A DNA stretch of 64,000 nt, taken from positions 1 through 64,000 of IMG/VR virus record IMGVR_UViG_3300010965_000001; one strand, given 5' to 3'. Shown piece by piece: positions 17,400 through 25,944 of this stretch. This DNA is from a virus. Its lineage: Duplodnaviria > Caudoviricetes. Position 1 is the stretch's first letter, and every line of letters begins with the position of its first letter. The position numbers and the translations under genes were made by a program. The notes beneath the pieces are model-generated. The model saw only the letters and a list, made by a program, of their open reading frames with translations, was not told the origin of the DNA and ran no database searches.

Positions 17400-17804
17400 A
17401 TGCCCGAGCAAGCCTACTTAAGCAAAGCACAATGGAAGAAAATTTACAAATTTCAACGGCAAGTTCCTGCTAATATTGATGAATTTACAGGCGGAGTTAC
17501 CTTACGTACAAGTGACAATAGAATGGTCCATTATTCCTACACTGAACTACTATTATGTCTGTGCACCGCTCAATGTATACAGAGAGAAGGATACGTCATT
17601 TTGGCGCCGATTCACTTTTTGAGATTCGCAGAACGTGTCACGATAGAACTCGGACTACTGATGGAGATAATGAATACAGCATATCAGCAATGCTCACAAC
17701 ACATGCCGCGACGGGCAAGGACATATATAATCATAGACCCCCTATATATAAGGGATGACAGTGGGGCGTATACCCCTATATATAAAGGGTTACTATATAA
17801 CTAA
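17400..17804 (+). CDS. hypothetical protein
   Basis: AGAGGAG RBS before ATG; C-terminus runs through palindromic repeats. Confidence 0.5.
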   Translation: MPEQAYLSKAQWKKIYKFQRQVPANIDEFTGGVTLRTSDNRMVHYSYTELLLCLCTAQCIQREGYVILAPIHFLRFAERVTIELGLLMEIMNTAYQQCSQHMPRRARTYIIIDPLYIRDDSGAYTPIYKGLLYN

Positions 17805-18296
17805 CGACAGAGTGCCGCAGGCAGGGAACCCCATAATGACAGGACAACAATATAACAATATAGCACTAAAAATACACAGACTGTATATCAAGACGCCTGA
17901 AACAATGCACATACAAAAGTCAACCCTCAATCAGTGGTTCAAGAAAGCGCAGCAACATAAGGATGCCGATTGGGTAACTATTATGAGAGAGTGTAATAAG
18001 GCGTGGAAGAAGTTGCTCTAACTGCTCCCCTATATATAGAGGGCGTATCATCAAGGACAAAAGTATATGTTTTCATAGCTGGCCGGCGCGCAAGAAGTGT
18101 ATTTTCATAGACTGTAGGCGCGCAAGGGAAGGGCAAATTTCCTCCGTCAAAAATTTTTCGTTGCTCGACGGGCATAAACCCCCTAAAACGTGCTGTATTC
18201 GTCGGCAAATCTTGCTCTATTCCTTGCTTTTTTTCTCTTGAAATGCTCAGTATTTTATGCTTTTATTACAACAGTATTATCCCCTATATATACAGG
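17738..18296. repeat. four quasi-palindromes CCCC-TATATATA-N1-2-GG(G)
   Basis: 17738-17754, 17773-17789, 18027-18043, 18281-18296. Confidence 0.8.
17836..18021 (+). CDS. small helical paralog family member
   Basis: LNQW..WVTIMRECNKAWKK. Confidence 0.7.
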   Translation: MTGQQYNNIALKIHRLYIKTPETMHIQKSTLNQWFKKAQQHKDADWVTIMRECNKAWKKLL

Positions 18297-18507
18297 TTAT
18301 ATGGTTATACATTATGATTTGTAGCCCCTTCTGCTTGTATCGTTACCCTTATACTATACAGAGACTTGATATTGTCATTTATTTTACTTATATTATATAC
18401 ACTAGTATTTGATACGGACTGCGTATTGCATGTCTATTACAATTTATCGCTTGCATTAGGTAGTTTTCTTTTTTCCTTCGCGCAACCTTAATTTAGGGAT
18501 TTCTTAT

Positions 18508-18716
18508 ATGACTAACAGAAAAAAATTGAATTACTATATGAGAGGTTGACCGCCTACAATAAAACTCATCGGTGTTACGTGACGGTTTTTTCGGACATTG
18601 GGTATATGCACGATGTAGAGAGTGTGTTAGAATGGTTAGCAGATGAGGAATTCGACATGGTAATTAAGAAGGATAGAATGAAAATTGCAAATAAATTATG
18701 GAAGGCGATGAAATGA
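18508..18716 (+). pseudogene. frameshifted family member (A7 run)
   Basis: MTNR then -1 frame KIELLYERL..LEWL..RMKIANKLWKAMK. Confidence 0.6.
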
Positions 18717-18931
18717 TTGACAACGGAGTAATCGAACACAAATTACGTACCCTTCACGACAGACTGTTGATAACTAAGTCCGTAGTTTACGATGGTTCCA
18801 TACAATGGAACATTACAGATGTTGCACGATGGTTAAGAGATATGAATGGTAATATACTTCCTGTACAATGGGAATACATATTACCCATCGCTAATCAGTT
18901 ATGGGAACAGACAGAATGGAAGTTGAAATGA
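18713..18931 (+). CDS. small helical paralog family member
   Basis: KLRTL..VARW..WEYILPIANQLW. Confidence 0.8.
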   Translation: MIDNGVIEHKLRTLHDRLLITKSVVYDGSIQWNITDVARWLRDMNGNILPVQWEYILPIANQLWEQTEWKLK

Positions 18932-19386
18932 TAGAACGTTCTGAGATTAGACATAGACTTATGAAATTGAACACCGCTATACAATACAGTATTACCATTT
19001 CCGATGATGCCATGAGAAGTCACAATTTATTAACTGCACGACACTTCGTTGACCTTTGGATTGAGGATACAATGAAGGATGATGGACCGACTATTGATTG
19101 GAAATTGGTTATGAGACATTGTAATCAATACTACTCATGGTGTGACAAGGGTAGTAAAAATCAGAATTACTATTTAAGGGATTTTTTCATGCGTACAGAC
19201 GATGTTATTAAACGACTTTGTAAGTTGGAAGAACGTGTGAAAAGGAATAGTTCAAAGTATACTGATAGTTATGTAACTAATAGATTAAATGACATTAAGT
19301 GGTGGAAAGCCGCTCTTCCAAATTACAGTGTCGATGAAATGATGAATTTGATGAAATACGCTAACATTATCTACAAGGAGTTTTAA
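18928..19386 (+). CDS. tandem two-domain family member
   Basis: WKLVMRHCNQYY and LMKYANIIYK. Confidence 0.8.
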   Translation: MIERSEIRHRLMKLNTAIQYSITISDDAMRSHNLLTARHFVDLWIEDTMKDDGPTIDWKLVMRHCNQYYSWCDKGSKNQNYYLRDFFMRTDDVIKRLCKLEERVKRNSSKYTDSYVTNRLNDIKWWKAALPNYSVDEMMNLMKYANIIYKEF

Positions 19387-19388
19387 TT

Positions 19389-19554
19389 ATGTCAAACAGA
19401 GATAAATTGGAATTGTTACGGAATATGATGTCCGATTACAGAAGAACAAGGAACAAAACTAAATAAGTGGTTCGTAGCGTCAAGGGATAAACAAGATATT
19501 TACCGTTGGGATGAAGTAATGATTGAATGTAATAAATGGTGGAGGGAGAGATAA
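19389..19554 (+). pseudogene. frameshifted family member
   Basis: MSNRDKLELLRNM then +1 frame LNKW..WDEVMIECNKWWRER; 166 nt. Confidence 0.6.
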
Positions 19555-19760
19555 TGACAACAAGAGAGAAGTTAGAGAAGTTGCACACTATGTTATTTTC
19601 TTACAATAAACTCCATGAAGATAAATTTGAAATTAAATTTGATGGTAGTCTTTGGAGTATGCAAGATGTTACATCTTGGTTGGGAAAAAATGGTAACATA
19701 TCACTTAATCATAGGTACATGGGTGCGGCGAATGCAATGTGGAAGGAACTACACAAATGA
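19554..19760 (+). CDS. small helical paralog family member
   Basis: YMGAANAMWKEL. Confidence 0.8.
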   Translation: MTTREKLEKLHTMLFSYNKLHEDKFEIKFDGSLWSMQDVTSWLGKNGNISLNHRYMGAANAMWKELHK

Positions 19761-19963
19761 GAGATGATGAATTGAAGAAGATTAACTCGTTACGTGAAAA
19801 AATGCAAGAATTTAATTACGAACATGGTGATAACTTGTATGTAAAGTATAATAACATGTCTTGGGGTGTTTCGGATGTCGATTTTTGGTTAGTTGGTAAT
19901 GCCCCATGTTACGATGATATGATGAAAATTGCGAACTTGTTATGGAAGGAGTTACGGAAATGA
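19757..19963 (+). CDS. small helical paralog family member
   Basis: MMKIANLLWKEL. Confidence 0.8.
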   Translation: MRDDELKKINSLREKMQEFNYEHGDNLYVKYNNMSWGVSDVDFWLVGNAPCYDDMMKIANLLWKELRK

Positions 19964-20202
19964 CATACGTTGAAAAAACTGACATGGTTGACACTATTAT
20001 TAAACCGAGATTGCGTATGTTGCTTAAGAAGATGGAAGCACAGTCTCATCCAACTTGGTTAAGAGTTCCCCACAAGGGAAATAGTTTCGGAATTGATAAT
20101 GTCCGTGATTGGGAAACATGGCCGAGTGATTATTTTAATGGACCTACTGCCAGTAGTACTATGCATATTGCTAACATGCTATGGAAGGAGTTACGGGAAT
20201 GA
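19960..20202 (+). CDS. small helical paralog family member
   Basis: VRDW..TMHIANMLWKEL. Confidence 0.8.
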   Translation: MTYVEKTDMVDTIIKPRLRMLLKKMEAQSHPTWLRVPHKGNSFGIDNVRDWETWPSDYFNGPTASSTMHIANMLWKELRE

Positions 20203-20405
20203 CAGACGAACAATTCACTGTATTTAGAACTAATGTACGGAAGTTGTGGAATGGTCTTCCAACAAGAACTGACGAACAAGTTGAACTTCTTAATAGATGG
20301 TATAGAGAAGCAGGTACCACTGAACGTAAACAAGACTCTCATTGGGATGAACGTATGGCACAGTGCAACGTCTGGTGGAAGGAGTTGCAAAATGGAAAAA
20401 TCTGA
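20199..20405 (+). CDS. small helical paralog family member
   Basis: WDERMAQCNVWWKEL. Confidence 0.8.
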   Translation: MTDEQFTVFRTNVRKLWNGLPTRTDEQVELLNRWYREAGTTERKQDSHWDERMAQCNVWWKELQNGKI

Positions 20406-20649
20406 ATTTGAAGATTTTCAGTATCGTTTATGTATCCTCACTGAGATTCTTAAAAAGAGTAATAGAGTGCAGTCACCTGAAACATTTGACTATAAGAGTG
20501 ATGCAATGACGAATGTGAAAGGTTGGTTGGAATGGAAAATACAGGAAAATCATCCGTGGCACACTGCAATGAAATGGGCTAATAGATATTACAGGGGTTC
20601 AAATGACATTAGAACACAATCGAAGATTATATCTGGCCATCAGAAATAA
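20392..20649 (+). CDS. small helical paralog family member
   Basis: VKGW..WHTAMKWANRYY. Confidence 0.8.
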   Translation: MEKSEFEDFQYRLCILTEILKKSNRVQSPETFDYKSDAMTNVKGWLEWKIQENHPWHTAMKWANRYYRGSNDIRTQSKIISGHQK

Positions 20650-20821
20650 AATGATAAATTTACATCAACACGTTAAAAGCGAGAAAACCACTGGAGCATT
20701 CCATCGCAGGTCAAAGGTGATAGATAATCTTAAACTATGGTTGGCTTACAATATTACCGATGATATACAGTGGGATGTAATTATGAAAATGTGTAATGAC
20801 TATTATAAGGACTTCAAATGA
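20603..20821 (+). CDS. small helical paralog family member
   Basis: LKLW..WDVIMKMCNDYYK. Confidence 0.8.
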   Translation: MTLEHNRRLYLAIRNKMINLHQHVKSEKTTGAFHRRSKVIDNLKLWLAYNITDDIQWDVIMKMCNDYYKDFK

Positions 20822-21030
20822 CCATTGATTGGAAAACATTATATTACAAATTGGAGAAAATGCGTAGAGTGTATGAACTTCTCCATGAGGATTCATGTGC
20901 GGAAAAAATCAGTCAGTGGCAGGAACAGTGTCTCCGGCACGAAACGGATAACTACATCGATTGGGCGCAACGGATGAAAAATTTAAATATAAGTTGGAAA
21001 ACATATGGTGGAAGGAACCACAGTGATTGA
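20818..21030 (+). CDS. small helical paralog family member
   Basis: KLEKMR..ISQW..WAQRMKNLNISWK. Confidence 0.8.
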   Translation: MTIDWKTLYYKLEKMRRVYELLHEDSCAEKISQWQEQCLRHETDNYIDWAQRMKNLNISWKTYGGRNHSD

Positions 21031-21232
21031 CGAAAGTATTGTACTACAGAAACTATATAGACTTCGAGAAATAGTTGAGACTGGTCACTTTATACCAGGA
21101 AATGAACATGACTTAGGAACTTCTAGGTGGTATGTTAATGAATGGATTTATGACATTACACTTAAAAGAGAACACAGTAATTGGGGTAAAACACTTATCG
21201 AATGTAACAGAATGTGGAAGGATTACAGATAA
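21005..21232 (+). CDS. small helical paralog family member
   Basis: KLYRLR..VNEW..WGKTLIECNRMWK. Confidence 0.8.
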   Translation: MVEGTTVIDESIVLQKLYRLREIVETGHFIPGNEHDLGTSRWYVNEWIYDITLKREHSNWGKTLIECNRMWKDYR

Positions 21233-21270
21233 TTGTGGCTACTCTACCAATAAGTATAGCACTACCATTA

Positions 21271-21582
21271 ATGAAACCTATTTGGGGTTCTCTTGTGGCG
21301 AGTTCATTAGTATCCGTTCAACCCATGACGGGATTGGTTTCAGGAACAACATTTTACACGGATTACGTCTATGCAAATGCAAAAATAATAGATAAAATGA
21401 GGAAGTTACTCAAGGTTATTAGGAATACACACAATCATCTTGGACATGAAGATGCCATTATTGAGAAGTTGGAGTATTGGATAGCACATCCGTCGGCAAG
21501 TACTATTAAGTGGGATGAGTGCATGAACGAATGTAACGAATGGTATAAGATTTATAAGGAGGAATACGATGCCGCAAATTGA
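21271..21582 (+). CDS. family member with N-terminal gp23-like peptide
   Basis: SLVASSLVSVQPMTG plus WDECMNECNEWYK. Confidence 0.7.
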   Translation: MKPIWGSLVASSLVSVQPMTGLVSGTTFYTDYVYANAKIIDKMRKLLKVIRNTHNHLGHEDAIIEKLEYWIAHPSASTIKWDECMNECNEWYKIYKEEYDAAN

Positions 21583-21799
21583 TTTTGTTGTTACCTTAAG
21601 TAAAATAAAAAAACTTAGGAGTATTCTTTCGCATATACCTGGTCGGAGTACTAACTTCGAACTTCAAGGTGATTGGGGACTGGTTGATGAATGGAGAGAG
21701 GATTGTCAGAAGGCAAATGTGAATCGAAGATGGGATGAAATTATGCGGGGTTGTAACGGACTGTATATCAAATACAAGGACAGAGATGATAGACTTTGA
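21569..21799 (+). CDS. small helical paralog family member
   Basis: VDEW..WDEIMRGCNGLY. Confidence 0.8.
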   Translation: MPQIDFVVTLSKIKKLRSILSHIPGRSTNFELQGDWGLVDEWREDCQKANVNRRWDEIMRGCNGLYIKYKDRDDRL

Positions 21800-21983
21800 T
21801 TTTATAAGAACGAAGTTGGTAGTATTTAACAGTACTTTATGTTTACGTTACGGTGAAGGACAACGTGCTTTCTATTCCAGCATAGTAGATGAATGGATTG
21901 CTGCCTGTGACCAAAGAGATACTTCGTATAATTGGAAAGAGGTTATGAAAGAATGTAATATCATGTATAAGGAGACTAAATGA
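21786..21983 (+). CDS. small helical paralog family member
   Basis: VDEW..WKEVMKECNIMYK. Confidence 0.8.
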   Translation: MIDFDFIRTKLVVFNSTLCLRYGEGQRAFYSSIVDEWIAACDQRDTSYNWKEVMKECNIMYKETK

Positions 21984-22228
21984 GTGACGATGCGTTGTAT
22001 GAAATAATTTATAATAAGTTAATACTCCTCCGAGATGAAATGTGGTCACGTAATGGTGATGAAGATTATATGTGGCATGTGCCTTTACCAAATGGTAAAC
22101 CCGATTCGTTGTCAGTCGGAATCGTTGATTATTGGACGAAGGTTATGCGTATGGGCAATCCACGAGCGGCAGTTAACTGGGGAGAAGCCTTACCATTATG
22201 TAACGCAATATGGAGGGAATTGAAATGA
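21980..22228 (+). CDS. small helical paralog family member
   Basis: KLILLR..VDYW..WGEALPLCNAIW. Confidence 0.8.
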   Translation: MSDDALYEIIYNKLILLRDEMWSRNGDEDYMWHVPLPNGKPDSLSVGIVDYWTKVMRMGNPRAAVNWGEALPLCNAIWRELK

Positions 22229-22485
22229 CAGTGGAAAAAACAGTAGTACAAAAATTAGTATTCTTACGTGACACACTAGAAAATTACAACAACACACATG
22301 ACGATTTCTTTGAACATCAATGTCAATATGATGGAATGCAGTTTACCATTAGTGCCTATGATATTGTAAATTGGATTGACAATATTGAAGGACGCGGAGA
22401 AACACCAGCTCAATCTACGTTGATATTGTCTAATCAATTGTATGCGGCATTCATGCAACTACAAAGGAGAGTGAAGAACGGATGA
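22225..22485 (+). CDS. small helical paralog family member
   Basis: KLVFLR..VNW..LILSNQLY. Confidence 0.8.
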   Translation: MTVEKTVVQKLVFLRDTLENYNNTHDDFFEHQCQYDGMQFTISAYDIVNWIDNIEGRGETPAQSTLILSNQLYAAFMQLQRRVKNG

Positions 22486-22706
22486 CACCACATGGAAAAT
22501 TAGTTAAGTTAAAATTACTCATCATTAAGTGGGAATATAACACACATCAAAAATTCACAACAATGTTTGACGGAAGTGTGTACACACTGCATGATGTTCA
22601 TCAATACATTGATTGGTATGAAAATGACCCTTCACGGTTGAACATGCAATACATGATGCGTACTGCAAATCACATGTATAAAATTATCAAAGGATACGAG
22701 GAATGA
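22482..22706 (+). CDS. small helical paralog family member
   Basis: KLVKLK..YMMRTANHMYK. Confidence 0.8.
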   Translation: MTPHGKLVKLKLLIIKWEYNTHQKFTTMFDGSVYTLHDVHQYIDWYENDPSRLNMQYMMRTANHMYKIIKGYEE

Positions 22707-22915
22707 TAACTCCACCAATGGAATGGAAACTTTATCGGTTACGAAATCGGATGGTTGAAGTTGGAAACATGCGTGGTGAAGATTACACATGGCATGGGTA
22801 CGACTTAGAAACCATTCAGTGGTGGATTGACCTTGCACATGACGAATTTCCAGGTACAGATTGGAAACATATCTTAACAATAGCGAATCAAATATGGAAG
22901 AACTTACCTAAATGA
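22703..22915 (+). CDS. small helical paralog family member
   Basis: KLYRLR..WKHILTIANQIWK. Confidence 0.8.
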   Translation: MITPPMEWKLYRLRNRMVEVGNMRGEDYTWHGYDLETIQWWIDLAHDEFPGTDWKHILTIANQIWKNLPK

Positions 22916-23151
22916 CAGACTTCGACTTACTTGAACGACAGATAAATAGATTAGGAATGACTGTTACACTCCACGAAACACATTGTTGGGATGTAGATGT
23001 TACTGGAATGATGCCGATGATTCACCTATGGAAAACTTACATAGACAAACGAGGGGAAGCAGTTCCGTGGGCACATATCATGCAACAGGCAAACCTAATG
23101 TGGAGAGTTCTTCACAACGAACCAATCAAGCAAACTGAACGAATGTGGTAG
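22912..23151 (+). CDS. small helical paralog family member
   Basis: WAHIMQQANLMW. Confidence 0.8.
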   Translation: MTDFDLLERQINRLGMTVTLHETHCWDVDVTGMMPMIHLWKTYIDKRGEAVPWAHIMQQANLMWRVLHNEPIKQTERMW

Positions 23152-23844
23152 TTACTTCTGATGCCCCTCTAACAAATGATACTTCATCCTTCCACTTAAA
23201 TCTACGACATTTAAGAAGTAACAATTGTAGCATAATACACGTAAATTGTCTATCTTCCAATTCATTTTATCCCCATCTAAGAAGTCTAACAGGACAGGAC
23301 ACTCATAATCGGTGATTCTCTGTTCGTCAAACCCACAAATAGCGCATTTTTCAATCATTAATCCGTACTTTATCAGCCGTTTTAACTGTTGGTGAGGATG
23401 CGTCTTCCACTCCACTCTCGCCTGCTCAGACCCCTCTAAAACGCGCACAGCTTGCTGATAAGAGGGTAGTTTGGTCACATCCCTCGTTCCGTACACCTTT
23501 TTACCTTTTAGACGTAATGCGCTATTTCTGAAGGCGTTAAATTCGTCAGGAATGAGGATTTTAGCCCATTTACGGAAGTAGACCTCAGAGACTCCCAATA
23601 CCCTACACGCACCTATAATACCCCCTGTGCTTGCTTCTATACCCGACAGGAGTTCCTTTGCCGTAGGTGGTCGGAGTGCCTTCTTACCACGGGTTAATGG
23701 TTGTGTTGAGTTGTGAAGGTATGCCTTGTGAGAATAGTATCTCACTAATCCTTTACAGACTTCTCCACATTCAGGACAGATGAAGTCTGCTTTAAGTAAT
23801 TCTATGTTCGGGTCGGATGGTAGAGGATGTTCTTGTTGTTCCAT
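23152..23844 (-). CDS. C2H2 zinc finger + HTH + degenerate HNH endonuclease-like protein
   Basis: CPECG..HKAYLH; CAICGF..LDFLDGDKMNWKIDNLRVLCYNC. Confidence 0.7.
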   Translation of the reverse strand: MEQQEHPLPSDPNIELLKADFICPECGEVCKGLVRYYSHKAYLHNSTQPLTRGKKALRPPTAKELLSGIEASTGGIIGACRVLGVSEVYFRKWAKILIPDEFNAFRNSALRLKGKKVYGTRDVTKLPSYQQAVRVLEGSEQARVEWKTHPHQQLKRLIKYGLMIEKCAICGFDEQRITDYECPVLLDFLDGDKMNWKIDNLRVLCYNCYFLNVVDLSGRMKYHLLEGHQK

Positions 23845-23889
23845 ATCGTAACTTTCTATTTGTGATAACTATAAATAGTTACGATATGG
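23841..23889 (-). promoter_or_regulatory. 13-bp perfect hairpin sequestering the HNH start codon
   Basis: CCATATCGTAACT at 23841-23853 and AGTTACGATATGG at 23877-23889; covers the ATG. Confidence 0.7.
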
Positions 23890-23893
23890 AAAA

Positions 23894-24127
23894 TTATTTC
23901 GATTTTTCGGAGAGGATTGCTTTATAAATTTTGTTAGCTTCTTTCAGCACGGTTTCCCATCCAACCGCAGGGGATTTGTGATACCTACATAGGTTAATAT
24001 ATCTATCTACGTCAGATATGGTTATAAGTATTTCGGCATCCTCTACTCCATATGACTTAGTGTTTTGCATCATCATCTTTAATAGAGAAAATTTGCCATT
24101 TATTATAAGCCATTCAGCGTTTGTCAT
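23894..24127 (-). CDS. small helical paralog family member
   Basis: WETVLKEANKIYK. Confidence 0.8.
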   Translation of the reverse strand: MTNAEWLIINGKFSLLKMMMQNTKSYGVEDAEILITISDVDRYINLCRYHKSPAVGWETVLKEANKIYKAILSEKSK

Positions 24128-24357
24128 TATCTGTCCTTCACTAATTTATAAATTTGATTTGCTTTGGTCATCAACTCGCGCCATCCACATATTGGTACGG
24201 AGCTGTCTTTTGCGTATCTAGCCCAATTCACCATATCCTCTTTATCATAATCAATTTCATCAAATGTGAATGTTTCATCTTCATATAGTAGATTAGCTAA
24301 GATGATAAATTTCTTGTACATCACTATTCTAACAGGTGCATTTGGTTCAAGGCTCAT
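24127..24357 (-). CDS. small helical paralog family member
   Basis: VNW..WRELMTKANQIYK. Confidence 0.8.
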   Translation of the reverse strand: MSLEPNAPVRIVMYKKFIILANLLYEDETFTFDEIDYDKEDMVNWARYAKDSSVPICGWRELMTKANQIYKLVKDR

Positions 24358-24740
24358 GTTATGATACCCCTAATGTATGTATTGGTGTTGTAGACAGGCC
24401 ACACTATTGCATTATTCTTAATGAGGTTATGAAGAGTATGCACGACATCCTGCACCCTCTTTTCATCCATTGTAATCTTGTAAAGTGTATTACAGAACTT
24501 TAACTTCTTCTTCCAATTATCGTTGGGAGAATGCATCTTAGTAACTAACATTGTTACTGTGGTGTCTATGAATCGAAGAACACCATTGTAATCAAGAAGT
24601 TCATATGGATTTTCATCCGTACTCGCAGTTGAATGTAATTTACGGTTGAATGCAGAACGACTCTTCTCACTCTTGTAAACTTCCAACATAAGGAATCGGA
24701 GTTTGTTTAATTGTTCTATGTATGGTGTTGGGTTATTCAC
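24354..24740 (-). CDS. family member with C-terminal extension
   Basis: LNKLR..WKKKLKFCNTLYK. Confidence 0.75.
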   Translation of the reverse strand: MNNPTPYIEQLNKLRFLMLEVYKSEKSRSAFNRKLHSTASTDENPYELLDYNGVLRFIDTTVTMLVTKMHSPNDNWKKKLKFCNTLYKITMDEKRVQDVVHTLHNLIKNNAIVWPVYNTNTYIRGIIT

Positions 24741-24955
24741 GTTGTTTTAATTTGTTTGTAAAGAGCGTTACACCAGTGCATTGTTAGTGGAATATCAAGT
24801 GACATCGGACTTTCTTCTAACAACTCAATCCATTTGTCGATTTTTGCTCTTGTAATATCTGTGTGACTATTCTTATAAGAAACAAAATAAGAAGTAGACA
24901 CCAACATCATCTTCAATCCTGTTAATTTTTCTTTTGTTACTTTAAGGTCTACCAT
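24737..24955 (-). CDS. small helical paralog family member
   Basis: IDKW..TMHWCNALYK. Confidence 0.8.
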   Translation of the reverse strand: MVDLKVTKEKLTGLKMMLVSTSYFVSYKNSHTDITRAKIDKWIELLEESPMSLDIPLTMHWCNALYKQIKTT

Positions 24956-25201
24956 TTACAAGTCACTTTCTTTTAGAAATTTATGTAGTTTATTACATCC
25001 CTTCATAACCGTTGTAATGGCGGCGATTTCATCATTTCTGAGCCATCTTTCAAGTAATTCGTCGTCTGTATCCCTTCGTGTAAGTGGTTGAAGAATATAA
25101 CTTGGTCCTTTTACTGGTGGCGGCGGCCCATACCATTTCCAAAATCTCTCACGAAGTTGTCTTATTTTATCCAATTCATCTTCGGTAAATGTCCCTCGCA
25201 T
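24956..25201 (-). CDS. small helical paralog family member
   Basis: KIRQLR..LERW..VMKGCNKLHK. Confidence 0.8.
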   Translation of the reverse strand: MRGTFTEDELDKIRQLRERFWKWYGPPPPVKGPSYILQPLTRRDTDDELLERWLRNDEIAAITTVMKGCNKLHKFLKESDL

Positions 25202-25512
25202 CAGTAACCTCTATTTCGTAAAAATACATGAAGTTTATTTGCCATCTTCATTGCAAGATGTTCTCTGAAATTACTATCACATTTACCATCTATCCAATTT
25301 CTCAAATATTCTATGTCATGTAATCCATCGGTAGTATCTCTCATTTCATTAGTATACATTCCTTTATTTTCTCGTCGTACGTAATCCTGTTGACGTACCT
25401 TGAGTTGTCTTAATTTATCTCGTTGTTCTGCAGTAAATTTGTTTATCATTTGTTCTCCTGTCGGCGGGTTACCCGTATGCCAAACTATGTTCCATCTTGT
25501 GATTGAGTTCAT
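25201..25512 (-). CDS. small helical paralog family member
   Basis: KLRQLK..LRNW..AMKMANKLH. Confidence 0.75.
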   Translation of the reverse strand: MNSITRWNIVWHTGNPPTGEQMINKFTAEQRDKLRQLKVRQQDYVRRENKGMYTNEMRDTTDGLHDIEYLRNWIDGKCDSNFREHLAMKMANKLHVFLRNRGY

Positions 25513-25517
25513 TGTGT

Positions 25518-25823
25518 TTAGAATTTTGGAATATACGGTGTGTAAACTACACCACTTGACATATAAGCGCTAGCCGTGAATCCTACTATAACATCACGTT
25601 TCGTCAACTTATACACTGCGTTCAATTCTTCCATCAAAGCCCCCCACGTTGTATTCAAGTTTCCAGCGGGACGTTCTTTACGTTCTGCATTTTTAATCCA
25701 CATATCAACACCCTTTGAATCTATAACACAACTGTCGGCGTATTTATATTCTTTTTTCGTCACCATACACGAACGTAACATCAGTAACTTTTTATGTAAT
25801 ATTTCCCATTGAAGATTTGTCAT
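25518..25823 (-). CDS. family member with C-terminal VYTPYIP peptide
   Basis: KLLMLR..VDMW..WGALMEELNAVYK. Confidence 0.75.
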   Translation of the reverse strand: MTNLQWEILHKKLLMLRSCMVTKKEYKYADSCVIDSKGVDMWIKNAERKERPAGNLNTTWGALMEELNAVYKLTKRDVIVGFTASAYMSSGVVYTPYIPKF

Positions 25824-25944
25824 TTTCTAAGTTCCTTTATGGTTCTGTAGATGGTGAGTGCCACGGTTCCTAAGATGATTAATACGATGATGGAGAATAT
25901 TCCTAAGAAGATTAACTGTCCGATTCCGATTATCAATGAAAACA

